Below, one piece after another: positions 1-9,512 of a DNA stretch of 59,542 bases. Source of the DNA: a bacterium (lineage in GTDB: Bacteria; UBA9089; JASEIO01); contig JASEIO010000003.1 of NCBI GenBank assembly GCA_030017475.1, forward strand, positions 1 to 59,542, in the 5' to 3' direction. Each line of letters starts with the position of its first letter. The stretch's first letter is position 1. The notes under the pieces were generated by a model, which saw nothing but the letters and a program-made list of their open reading frames with translations, searched no databases and had not been told where the DNA came from. Position numbers and translations under genes: made by a program.

Positions 1-86
1 TAAATTTGAAAAACTTGCAATCAGATTAACCCCTTGATTTGTGCAACGGTGCCCCTAAGATGTGGGTAAGTTTCAGCAAAAAAAAC

Positions 87-115
87 TTGACAATGTCCAT
101 TAAATATTGTAAAAT
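87..115 (+). promoter_or_regulatory. sigma70-type promoter
   Basis: TTGACA (87-92), 17-nt spacer, TAAAAT (110-115) upstream of ATG 152. Confidence 0.7.
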
Positions 116-151
116 ATATACATATGTCTGTATTTCGGAAAGGACTTAGAG

Positions 152-3142
152 ATGAAAAAGAGATGTGATTTTTATACTATATCCAACGAAGGAAAATCAA
201 TCTGCACTAAAATAGTAAGAAGAAATAATGAGGTTACTGAGGAACTGTGTAAAATCTGTCCAGTGCCAAAAGATAGATGTAAATATTTAAAATTCTCCTT
301 AAAGAAGACCACCTATTTTGAAGCCTTTGGTTTAGGTGGAAAGGGATCAGAGATTCAACTGGATGCTGCTATCTGCGATTTCAAAAAGGAACCCATATAT
401 GATTTTAGTAAATGTAATAATTGTGAACATTTTGAATCAGAGATTAAATCCTGGGAGATAGAAGGTGAGATGTTAAAAAAAGGATGGGGATTTTTGGTTT
501 ATGGATTGGGTGCGGATAAGGCCTCCAGTTTTTTAGAGATAGTTAAAATAGGAAGGGGGGATTCAATCTTTGACCCAGAGAGCCCTGAGACTAAAGAGAT
601 CGTAGAAAGGATTAAGGAAAATTTTGTTGTTAAAGAGGAGAAGGTTGTAGAAAGGATAGTAGAGGTAGAAAAGCCTGTAGAAAAGATAGTAGAAAAGGTT
701 CCCAAAATAGATGAATTTGGTAAAGTTGAAATTATTGGAGGTTCAGTTTCTGCTGATTCCACTGGAAATACTATAAACTTCATTTTTACTGCTGGAACTC
801 AGATGAAAGAAGGGGAGCTTAGTATAACTATACCAGATGGATGGTCTTCCCCTCAAAGTGAATTTAACGTAGCTGGATATATAACCATCTCCTCAACTGG
901 AGCGATCGGAAGTTATGTGCTTTCAGATAGAGAGATTACCATCCCTATTATAAAACTGGCAACTTCGGGTACAATAGTCGTTTCTTATATTAATGCTACG
1001 GCTCAGCATGAAGAAGGTGAGGCATTATTTAAAATAATGTCAAAGATAGATAAGGAGGGTAAACCTAAGCAATTGGAGGTACCTGGTATAATTGTCAATG
1101 CAAGGGATGGAAGTGGAAGATGTAGCTTAGATAAAGAAATTCTTATTACTGGAGTTATGGAAACATTGACTTTCACTTTTACCTCCCTTGGGAGAATGTC
1201 AGATGGAGAAATAGTTATACATTTACCTACTTCGGAATGGCCCAATCCTCAAGGCGAAGAACCTTCGAATGAAGGCTATGTAGATTTCTCTTCATCTGGC
1301 AAAATTGACCATTTAAGTTTTGAACCACAAAGAATCATTATCCCTATTATCCTTTTACAGGCTAATGATACAGTAGAGGTAAACTATTCAAATATCAAGA
1401 TTCCAGATCCACCTGGGGAGTTTTCCTTTATAATCAGTTCTCGCTCCAGCAGGACAGGTAGATTAAAAGAGTTAAGTGAGTCTCCAAAAGTTACTATAAT
1501 TGAGATGGTTGATGGTTCAGGGGTATGTGAAGTTTCAGGTTCTCCAGTATCAGCAGGTTCTTTGAATAATGAGTTAAGATTTATTTTTACTTCTACTTCT
1601 CCTATGAAAGATGGTACAGTTTCTATAACCATACCCCCTTTATGGTCTTCTCCTCAAGGTACAAAAACCAATTTACCAGGATTCATTACATGTAAGTCTA
1701 CTGGTAAAATTGGTCCTTCGTTAGAATTCTCTACTCAATCCGTATCTATTCCTGTCGTCGAATTAGCTAATGGGGATAAGATAGAAGTGGTATACTCTAA
1801 TGTTCAAGCTCCACCCAAGTCTTGTGAGGCTCGCTTTTTAGTGAAATCTAAGGCAAGTGTACGAGGTCATTTGAAGGAGATAGAAACACATCCAGTAGTT
1901 TGGGTTAATGCAAGAGACGGTGCTGGAGCTTGTACCATTTTGCCAAGAAGTCTTTCTGCAAAAAGTTCTGGAAATAAGATAACCATTATCTTTATAGCTT
2001 CTGGTAGAATGGATACTGGTGAAATATCGATTGAAATGCCAGATGGCTGGAGCTCTCCACAAGGAGAGTCTCAAACCCGGGAAGGTTATGTAACCTGTAC
2101 AACCGTTGATAAAGTAGGGGAATTGACTTTTAGTGATCAAAGGGTTAATATACCTATAATTAGTTTAAATGGAGGAGAAAGGATAATCTTAACCTATTCT
2201 AATGTTACGGTGCAGCCAACTCCATATCCTAATGTTACATTTGTGGTAGAATCTAAGGGAAGTGCGTCAGGGAATCTTCTTGAAATAGAAGAAAATCCTT
2301 GGGTTGCAGTTAACACCTTTGATGGTTCTGGCATATGTACAGTTACACCTACATGTGTATCTTCGGAAAGTTTAGTAGATAGATTAATCTTCTCTTTCAA
2401 ATCCACAGGGATTATGGATTCGGGCGCAATCAGTATCGAAACTCCAGATGGATGGTTTTCTCCACAAAATAGATCGGAAAGAGACCCTGGTTATACTGTT
2501 GCTACTGCCTTTGATGGAAAGGAGATTAGGAATTTGGAATTTTCTGAAAATAGGGTGGTGGTTCCTATTGATACCCTCGGAAAAAATCAAAAGATTAATG
2601 TAACATTTCAGAATGTAGTAATCCCAGAAACAAGAGGTCTATCCAAATTTGTAGTATATTCAAAGGCAAGCGAATCAGGGAAGTTGAAAGAGATAGGAAA
2701 AAGTCCAGAGATTATGGTAAATGTAAAAGATGGTTCAGGCCGATGTAGTGTAGACAAAGAAGAGGTGATTTCAGGAAGTAAGGGAAACACACTAATTTTC
2801 ACTTTTACTGCCGAAGGCACCATGAGTGGCGGTAGTATAAGAATGGTTATACCTAAAGATTGGTCACGTGCTCAGGGAGTGGATGAAGAAGGTGAAGGCT
2901 ATATTACCATTTCGTCAAGCGGTTCAACCTTAATCCCAACAATCCATAATCAATCAGAAGTAATTGATATACCAATTATCTATGCAGAGGACTCTGACAC
3001 GATAACTATAAAATATTCTAATGTTAAGGTACAACAAAGTACTGAATTGGTTAAGTTTAAAGTGGAATCTAAAGGAAGTCCAGAAGGAAACTTTAAAGAG
3101 ATAGAAGATAGTCCTACAATCAAGGTAGTAAAGAGTAAGTAA
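152..3142 (+). CDS. Hypothetical protein: Cys-rich N-terminus, EKIVE-type low-complexity linker, six ~135-aa beta-rich (Ig-like) repeats
   Basis: 996-aa ORF; repeats begin D(G/E)xG at nt 710, 1106, 1511, 1916, 2321, 2729 and share F-x-F...M..G.I.I..P..W..PQ; no signal peptide visible. Confidence 0.8.
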   Translation: MKKRCDFYTISNEGKSICTKIVRRNNEVTEELCKICPVPKDRCKYLKFSLKKTTYFEAFGLGGKGSEIQLDAAICDFKKEPIYDFSKCNNCEHFESEIKSWEIEGEMLKKGWGFLVYGLGADKASSFLEIVKIGRGDSIFDPESPETKEIVERIKENFVVKEEKVVERIVEVEKPVEKIVEKVPKIDEFGKVEIIGGSVSADSTGNTINFIFTAGTQMKEGELSITIPDGWSSPQSEFNVAGYITISSTGAIGSYVLSDREITIPIIKLATSGTIVVSYINATAQHEEGEALFKIMSKIDKEGKPKQLEVPGIIVNARDGSGRCSLDKEILITGVMETLTFTFTSLGRMSDGEIVIHLPTSEWPNPQGEEPSNEGYVDFSSSGKIDHLSFEPQRIIIPIILLQANDTVEVNYSNIKIPDPPGEFSFIISSRSSRTGRLKELSESPKVTIIEMVDGSGVCEVSGSPVSAGSLNNELRFIFTSTSPMKDGTVSITIPPLWSSPQGTKTNLPGFITCKSTGKIGPSLEFSTQSVSIPVVELANGDKIEVVYSNVQAPPKSCEARFLVKSKASVRGHLKEIETHPVVWVNARDGAGACTILPRSLSAKSSGNKITIIFIASGRMDTGEISIEMPDGWSSPQGESQTREGYVTCTTVDKVGELTFSDQRVNIPIISLNGGERIILTYSNVTVQPTPYPNVTFVVESKGSASGNLLEIEENPWVAVNTFDGSGICTVTPTCVSSESLVDRLIFSFKSTGIMDSGAISIETPDGWFSPQNRSERDPGYTVATAFDGKEIRNLEFSENRVVVPIDTLGKNQKINVTFQNVVIPETRGLSKFVVYSKASESGKLKEIGKSPEIMVNVKDGSGRCSVDKEEVISGSKGNTLIFTFTAEGTMSGGSIRMVIPKDWSRAQGVDEEGEGYITISSSGSTLIPTIHNQSEVIDIPIIYAEDSDTITIKYSNVKVQQSTELVKFKVESKGSPEGNFKEIEDSPTIKVVKSK

Positions 3143-3358
3143 TAATGATTGATATTCATACTCTGTTCCTAATCCCTCAAATGTCCATTTTTGGCATGAA
3201 ACTCTCAGAGAATAGCTATCCTATTGTCTTCGTATTTCTCCTTTCATAATCCCTTCATCAACTGATAGAATAAGGGCTTATAGAATTTTTTATTAAAGAA
3301 AATAGGCATATTTTCCGTTATTAATAGAAAGGGTAATCCATGATCAAGGAATCTTATT

Positions 3359-4084
3359 ATGAAAGTAAGTTACTTTATGCTGTCTCAGTTCTCCCAATGT
3401 CCATTGAAGTATAAGTACTATTATATAGATAGGTTAGCAGAAAGATATAGGAAAACGAGACCTTATTTTAGTATGGGAAGTAGTATACATCAAGCATTAG
3501 AGGACTTCTTTAGAATTAGAGAAAAGAAGAAAAGGACACTTCAGAATCTTCACTATTTACTTAGAAAAAATTGGATTAGGGCAGGATATGGCACTCGGGA
3601 GAGAGAAAGAAAGTGGGGGCTGCGGGCGTTAGAGATGTTGACTAATTTCTATAATACCTATGATTGTCATATAACCCCTATTATGATAGAGAGAACATTT
3701 GAGGCAAAACTTGATGGACTTATACTTACTGGAAGGATTGATCGAGTAGATAAACTTAGGGGCGGGGGTTATGAAGTGATTGATTATAAAACAGGAAAAG
3801 GTCTATTAACTCAAGAAGAGAATTTGCAACTGATCTTTTATTCACTTGGACTTAAATATGCATATGGGATAGAGCCACGCATATTAACCTTTTACTTCTT
3901 ACAGAAAAACCAGAAAGTAAGTATTGTAAGAACCCCTGAACTAATTCGAGTTGGATTGAATAGGATTAAGGATATAGTGAATGAGATTAAATCAACCGAG
4001 GAATTTGAAGCAAGACCAAACAGATATTGTGCGATGTGTATTTTTAAGGGAATTTGTCCATATGGCATAAGGGCAAAGGGATAA
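3359..4084 (+). CDS. PD-(D/E)XK nuclease, RecB-family/Cas4-like with Fe-S cysteines
   Basis: N-terminal CPLKY, GRIDRVD and IDYKTG nuclease motifs, QL..Y, C-terminal CAMC-x5-CP. Confidence 0.85.
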   Translation: MKVSYFMLSQFSQCPLKYKYYYIDRLAERYRKTRPYFSMGSSIHQALEDFFRIREKKKRTLQNLHYLLRKNWIRAGYGTRERERKWGLRALEMLTNFYNTYDCHITPIMIERTFEAKLDGLILTGRIDRVDKLRGGGYEVIDYKTGKGLLTQEENLQLIFYSLGLKYAYGIEPRILTFYFLQKNQKVSIVRTPELIRVGLNRIKDIVNEIKSTEEFEARPNRYCAMCIFKGICPYGIRAKG

Positions 4085-4117
4085 AATGGGACATCATAGA
4101 ACCAATTGTATCTATGG

Positions 4118-4891
4118 CTAAAAGACCACTCCATACCCTATTATCCTAAGATAGATGGAGCCAATATTTAATGCCATTAACAACCCTATAACAAGATAAT
4201 CCTTTGCTCTCACTTTGAATTTAAGATAATATGTCCTCTTTTTGTCTACACCAAATCCCTTTCCTTCAAGGGACATAGAAAACCCTTCTACCTTTCTTAA
4301 GGCTACAGCAAAAATAGGGATTAATAAAGGGGCATACTTTCTTATCTTAGTAATTATACCACCTGTCTCCAAATCTAACCCCCTTGTGATTTGGGCCTCT
4401 TTAACTGTTTTGGCACTCCCTAACAATACAGGTACTAATCGGAACCCGAGAGAAAGCGAAAAACTGACTGGAAAGGGTAATCCCAATTTGTTTAATCCCC
4501 ATGTTACCTCTTCTACATTGGTGCATGAAAGAAAGATTAGTCCTGATATAACCATGGTAATTAATCTCATACCCATACCTAAGCCATATAGAAAAGACTC
4601 CTTGGATACAGAAAGAAACAAAAGATTAAAGACTGGGGATCCTATTTTTAAAAAAAGAGACCAAAGAACTGTACTAAATCCTGCTAAGAGCACTAAGAAG
4701 AAGGTAAATCTTTTTATATTAGCTAAAGAGCGGGATACAATGCCAATTATAATAACAAGTACTAATATAAAAAGTAAGTAAATTGGGTGATTAAAAATCA
4801 TCGCCTGAATAGATAGAAGGATTACCCCAATAATCTTGGTTATTGGATTGAGTCTATGCAAAAACGTATCCTTTTCTAAATAGAGATACAT
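4118..4891 (-). CDS. ecfT: ECF transporter transmembrane component T
   Basis: LHRLNPITK start, several TM helices, EAQITRG motif, next to ECF ATPase. Confidence 0.85.
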   Translation of the reverse strand: MYLYLEKDTFLHRLNPITKIIGVILLSIQAMIFNHPIYLLFILVLVIIIGIVSRSLANIKRFTFFLVLLAGFSTVLWSLFLKIGSPVFNLLFLSVSKESFLYGLGMGMRLITMVISGLIFLSCTNVEEVTWGLNKLGLPFPVSFSLSLGFRLVPVLLGSAKTVKEAQITRGLDLETGGIITKIRKYAPLLIPIFAVALRKVEGFSMSLEGKGFGVDKKRTYYLKFKVRAKDYLVIGLLMALNIGSIYLRIIGYGVVF

Positions 4892-4895
4892 GAAA

Positions 4896-6578
4896 TTATC
4901 TCCGTTCTGTGCAATATTTAAATTCCTCTATAGAAAGTAAGGTTTTTCCAAGTCTATTACTCAGTCTTACAATGTCTGGTGGGTATAGATTTGACCTTTC
5001 TAAAATATGCTCTTTGGAAAATACCTCTCTTGTAGTCCCATCAAGTATTATCTTGCCCTCATGGATTACTATGGATCGATGGGTATATTCTGCTACGATC
5101 CACATATTGTGGGTGATAATTATAATAGTAGTCCCTTCTTTATTGAGTCTTTCTAATAGTTTCATTATCTGTTTCTGTTCTGAATAGTCCAGTCCTGTTG
5201 TTGGTTCATCTAAGATCAAGATCTGCGGACGAGTTACTAAAACAGAAGCGATGGCTAATCTTTGACGCTCACCTTTTCCTAAGGAGAATGGATCCTCTCT
5301 TTCATATCCAAGAAGCCCAACCTCCTCTAATGCTTCATCTACCCGAGTGGAAATCTCCGATTCGGTATATCCAAAATTCCTTAGTGAAAAGGCTATCTCA
5401 TCTTTTACAGTATTTGAAAATATTTGATGATCAGGATTTTGAAATACATATCCAATCACTCTTGAAAGCTCTGATATTTTTTTGCCTTTGATGTTCTCTC
5501 CAAAGCACTTAACATCTCCCCGACTTCCTTTAAGTAAACCATTAAAATGTTTAGCCAAGGTTGTCTTTCCACTTCCATTTTGACCAACTAAAGCCACAAA
5601 TTCTCCTTCCCTTATCCTGAGACTTATTCCGTCTAATGCCTTTTGTCCTTCAGGATAGATATACTCCAAATCATTTACCTCAATAACTATCTTTCCGTAG
5701 CTCCTTTCTTTATCTTTATTTACGAGTCTTTTATATCTATCATCAAGTAGGATAAAATCCTTTTTGAATCTTTGAAGGGCTTTATCTATAGTTAAAGGGA
5801 GACTACGACTCCCTATTTTTTGGAAAAGGCGAGTCAATTGATGGGGTCTAATTCCATTTTCTTCTAAAAGAGAGGATCTTTTTAAAACATGCTTAGGGGT
5901 GTCTTCTAATACTATCCTTCCTTGTTTAACAATAATTATCCTATCAGCATCCAATACCTCCTCTATCTCATGAGTTACCATAATCAAGGTTGTACCTTCA
6001 TCCCGTAATATCTTTGCGAGTTTAAATATCTCCAATTTCCCCTTTGGATCTAAGTCAGTAGTAGCTTCATCCATTACCAAAATCCTTGGTTTAATGGATA
6101 AGATTGAGGCAATAGCTAATCTCTGTTTTTCTCCCCCGGATAGATTTGTGGGTGAGCGACCTTTAAATTCAATAAGATCGACTTTTTTTAAGCAATCATT
6201 GACCCTTTCATTGATTGTCTCTTTTGGTATGGAAAGATTTTCAGGGCCAAATGCTACCTCAAGCTCCACATTTGTAGAGAATAATTGATATTCAAAATCC
6301 TGAAAAACCAAACCAACCTTATCCGCTAAATCATAAACCCTTTTATTCTTTATATCTTCACCAAAAATTCTTATCTTCCCTGTTAATCTCCCCTTTCTGA
6401 ATCTTGGAACAAGTAGATTTAGGCATTGACAAAGGGTTGATTTTCCTGCGCCAGTCTCACCCATAATCACTACAAATTCACCTTCATTTACCAAAAGATT
6501 GATCTTATCCAAAACCTTTACATCTCCTCCTCCAAAATAGCTAAAACTCAAATTCTGAACCTCAATCGCATGCTTCAT
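4896..6578 (-). CDS. ecfA: ECF transporter ATPase with two fused ABC domains
   Basis: Two Walker A motifs (GETGAGKST, GQNGSGKTT), LSGGEKQR/LGKGERQR, FQNPDHQ; ORF opens at 6614, probable ATG 6578. Confidence 0.9.
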   Translation of the reverse strand: MKHAIEVQNLSFSYFGGGDVKVLDKINLLVNEGEFVVIMGETGAGKSTLCQCLNLLVPRFRKGRLTGKIRIFGEDIKNKRVYDLADKVGLVFQDFEYQLFSTNVELEVAFGPENLSIPKETINERVNDCLKKVDLIEFKGRSPTNLSGGEKQRLAIASILSIKPRILVMDEATTDLDPKGKLEIFKLAKILRDEGTTLIMVTHEIEEVLDADRIIIVKQGRIVLEDTPKHVLKRSSLLEENGIRPHQLTRLFQKIGSRSLPLTIDKALQRFKKDFILLDDRYKRLVNKDKERSYGKIVIEVNDLEYIYPEGQKALDGISLRIREGEFVALVGQNGSGKTTLAKHFNGLLKGSRGDVKCFGENIKGKKISELSRVIGYVFQNPDHQIFSNTVKDEIAFSLRNFGYTESEISTRVDEALEEVGLLGYEREDPFSLGKGERQRLAIASVLVTRPQILILDEPTTGLDYSEQKQIMKLLERLNKEGTTIIIITHNMWIVAEYTHRSIVIHEGKIILDGTTREVFSKEHILERSNLYPPDIVRLSNRLGKTLLSIEEFKYCTERR

Positions 6579-6621
6579 ACTAAAAAACCTACCATATTTC
6601 ATAAAAAAATTCAATAAAATC

Positions 6622-6650
6622 TTGCATGCTTAGATAAAGGATGTTAAACT
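6622..6650 (+). promoter_or_regulatory. extended -10 promoter for nfi
   Basis: TTGCAT-17-TAAACT with TG at 6642-6643; ATG follows at 6660. Confidence 0.5.
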
Positions 6651-6659
6651 TGAGCCGAA

Positions 6660-7373
6660 ATGGATTATCAGAGGTTGCATCCATGGGAAGTTACTTATAA
6701 AGAAGCCAAGGATATTCAAAGGGGATTGAGAAACAGAATTGTATTGAGTTGTAATTTTTCAGAAATAGATTTAGTCGCTGGTGCTGATTGCTCCTATTCA
6801 AAAAGGGATCACTTGATGTATGGAGTGATTTGTGTACTAACCTACCCTGAACTTGAATTGATCGAGAAGGTGAAAGTAAGGGATGAAGTAAAATTTCCAT
6901 ATATCCCTGGATTATTGACCTTTAGGGAGGGGCCTTGTTTACTAAAGGCATGCGAAAGGTTGAAGAATGAACCAAGCTTAATTATCTTCGATGGGCAAGG
7001 AATAGCCCATCCCTGTGGCTTAGGTATAGCCACCCATTTGGGTATAGTTTTAGATAAACCTACTATTGGCTGTGCAAAATCTCCTCTTTTGGGTCAATAT
7101 AAAGAGCCAGTTAATAAAAAAGGTGCCTATTCCTATTTATATGAAAAAGGAAAGGTTGTTGGTATAGTATTAAGAACCCGCAAGAATGTGAAACCCGTAT
7201 TTGTCTCTCCTGGTTTTAAGATAGATTTTAAAAAGTCTATAGAAATCGTTTTAGCCTGCTGCAAAGGATATAGGTTACCTGAACCTTTAAGACTTGCTCA
7301 TCTTGTTTCAAAAAGAGACAGTAACTACTTAGCACACGAAATACATGAAAGACACGAAAAGGATAATAGATAA
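6660..7373 (+). CDS. nfi: Endonuclease V (deoxyinosine 3' endonuclease)
   Basis: AGAD, FPYIPGLLTFRE, DGQGIAHP, IGCAKS, YRLPEPLRLAH motifs. Confidence 0.95.
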   Translation: MDYQRLHPWEVTYKEAKDIQRGLRNRIVLSCNFSEIDLVAGADCSYSKRDHLMYGVICVLTYPELELIEKVKVRDEVKFPYIPGLLTFREGPCLLKACERLKNEPSLIIFDGQGIAHPCGLGIATHLGIVLDKPTIGCAKSPLLGQYKEPVNKKGAYSYLYEKGKVVGIVLRTRKNVKPVFVSPGFKIDFKKSIEIVLACCKGYRLPEPLRLAHLVSKRDSNYLAHEIHERHEKDNR

Positions 7374-7382
7374 AAATATTTC

Positions 7383-7520
7383 GTGCCTTGGGGAAAGATA
7401 GAGATATGGGGAATCCTTAAGGAGACTGCAAGAAGGCAGGAGGAGATTGCAAAAAGACAGGAGGAGACTGATATGTGGAAGGACTTGTTGCACCAAGTGT
7501 ATCACGAGCCCTGGCTTTAA
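7383..7520 (+). pseudogene. Remnant of a coiled-coil (DUF3782-like) PD-(D/E)XK-associated gene
   Basis: EIWGILKETARRQEEIAKRQEETD in one frame joined to VEGLVAPSV in another; resemblance from memory only. Confidence 0.4.
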
Positions 7521-7573
7521 GCCAAAGGTTTGGAAATAAAAGAAGGTTAACCTCTCCAAGGATAACATATACT

Positions 7574-7681
7574 AAGAAATGTTTTATATGTGATTATCGT
7601 CCTGCATGTGCTGGGATCTATATTGAATATTTACTGAATTTTGGAGATAGTGAAATTAAACCGGTAAAGATTGGGAGGTAA
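7574..7681 (+). pseudogene. 3' remnant of a radical SAM (SPASM/twitch-type, HxsC-like) gene
   Basis: KKCFICDYRPACAGIYIEYLLNFGDSEIKP = Cx2Cx5CxG...Y...G..E..P tail; no CxxxCxxC core upstream. Confidence 0.5.
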
Positions 7682-7687
7682 TATTCA

Positions 7688-8713
7688 ATGATAATACTCA
7701 AAGATATCTCTAAGAATTTTAAGATACCTTTAAAGAAGGAAGGCTTAATTGGCGCTATTCAGGGTTTATTTACCAGAAAATACACACTTAAAGAAGCCGT
7801 AAAGTCAATCAGTTTTTGTATCCAACAAGGTGAGATGGTAGGACTAATAGGTCCAAACGGTGCTGGTAAATCAACGCTTATTAAAATCCTATCCGGAATT
7901 TTAGTCCCAGACAGTGGGGAGGTAGAAATTTTGGGATTTATACCTTATAGAGATAGAAAAAGGTACACTCAAAATATTGGTGTAGTCTTTGGACAACGAA
8001 GTCAATTATGGTGGGACCTACCAGTGTATGAGTCATATACCCTTCTAAAGAAAATATATCACATTGATACCGCTACTTTTAATAATAGATTAGAAGAATT
8101 CTCAGAATTGTTAGAGATTAAGAAATTGCTTCGTCAACCTGTAAGAACCTTAAGTCTTGGAGAGAAGATGCGGTGTGAATTAATAGCTTCACTTTTGCAC
8201 AATCCACAAGTGCTGTTTTTAGATGAACCCACTATTGCCCTGGATATAATAGCTAAACTAAAAATAAGGAATTTTATAACGGAGTGGAATAAAAAGAATA
8301 ATTGTACAGTAATCTTGACCACTCATGATTTATCAGATATTCAGGATATATGTAAAAGAATAATCATTATCAATGAAGGCAATATTGTCTTTGATGGAGA
8401 AATGGATACGATAATTAAAAGATTCAGTAATTTCAGAAGGTTGGTGGTGAGTTTCTCACAAGACAATATAAGCCCAGAAAGGATATTCCAATCTTTTAGT
8501 CGTGATGAAAAAGTCTCGCTCAGAGAATTAGAAATAGCAAAAGGGAATAATAATTCATATCTAATTAGATTCTCTGATACCAACAATTCAATAATTTCAT
8601 TGATAGATAATATCCTTAATAACTTTTCTGTCTATGATATAAAGATTCAAGAACCTTCAATTGAAATGATTATAAAGCTAATATATGAGAAAAAGGTGAA
8701 TCTAAGTTCATGA
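7688..8713 (+). CDS. ABC-2 exporter ATP-binding subunit
   Basis: GPNGAGKST, VFGQRSQLWWDLP, LSLGEKMR, FLDEPT. Confidence 0.9.
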   Translation: MIILKDISKNFKIPLKKEGLIGAIQGLFTRKYTLKEAVKSISFCIQQGEMVGLIGPNGAGKSTLIKILSGILVPDSGEVEILGFIPYRDRKRYTQNIGVVFGQRSQLWWDLPVYESYTLLKKIYHIDTATFNNRLEEFSELLEIKKLLRQPVRTLSLGEKMRCELIASLLHNPQVLFLDEPTIALDIIAKLKIRNFITEWNKKNNCTVILTTHDLSDIQDICKRIIIINEGNIVFDGEMDTIIKRFSNFRRLVVSFSQDNISPERIFQSFSRDEKVSLRELEIAKGNNNSYLIRFSDTNNSIISLIDNILNNFSVYDIKIQEPSIEMIIKLIYEKKVNLSS

Positions 8714-9504
8714 TGGATATTTATATAGAATTTGCCAAAAAATCTTTTCAAAGACTATTAGCCTACCGGATGAGTATGGTTTTCAGGTTATGTGGTTTTT
8801 TAGTCTCATTATTTGTAGTATATTACCTCTGGAAGGCAGTGTTTAACACTTCTCCTACTATTGAAGGATATTCCTTTAAGATGATGTTAACATATTTAGT
8901 TCTATCTTTTGCTATCAATGCACTTTATGACTTACCTGTCGAACATGCATTAGCAAACAAAATTATTCGGGGTGAAGTGGCAATGGATTTAACTAAACCA
9001 ATTGACTTGCAGGGAATATTTTTTGCAGAAAGTGCTGGTACAAGTACTAATCAACTAATAACTTATAATATTGCCTTTCTCATTATTACTGTTTTTCTAT
9101 TTAAGATTAAACCTCCGGCTTCTACAACGGAATTCAGTCTTTTTATTGTAAGCCTCCTATTAGGTTTTATGATTATGACTGGTATAGGGTTTATAACCGG
9201 GGCTATATGTTTTTGGACAAAGGATGCCTGGGGAATATTTTTTGTAAAAACTGCGCTTGTGATATTCTTCTCCGGGAGTCTTATACCTCTACATTTCCTC
9301 CCAAAATGGTTAGAGAATATAGCTATGATCCTACCATTTCATGGAATTATCTATTCTCCTATCTCTATCTATCTTGGCACAATATCACTTTATAAGGTTG
9401 TTTATCTTCTATTAAATCAGCTTTTCTGGGCTATTATTTTAATTCTGATTGGCAGGGTGATATGGCATGTAGGAATAAGAAGGGTTGTTATTCAAGGAGG
9501 ATAA
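8710..9504 (+). CDS. ABC-2 family permease (DUF990-type)
   Basis: About 6 TM helices, GEVAMDLTKP, SGSLIPL, C-terminal IQGG. Confidence 0.85.
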   Translation: MMDIYIEFAKKSFQRLLAYRMSMVFRLCGFLVSLFVVYYLWKAVFNTSPTIEGYSFKMMLTYLVLSFAINALYDLPVEHALANKIIRGEVAMDLTKPIDLQGIFFAESAGTSTNQLITYNIAFLIITVFLFKIKPPASTTEFSLFIVSLLLGFMIMTGIGFITGAICFWTKDAWGIFFVKTALVIFFSGSLIPLHFLPKWLENIAMILPFHGIIYSPISIYLGTISLYKVVYLLLNQLFWAIILILIGRVIWHVGIRRVVIQGG

Positions 9505-9512
9505 GAGAAAAA

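Noticed and set aside
3359-4084. CRISPR-Cas locus suggested by Cas4-like gene
   Set aside because: No repeat-spacer array or other cas genes seen in the window
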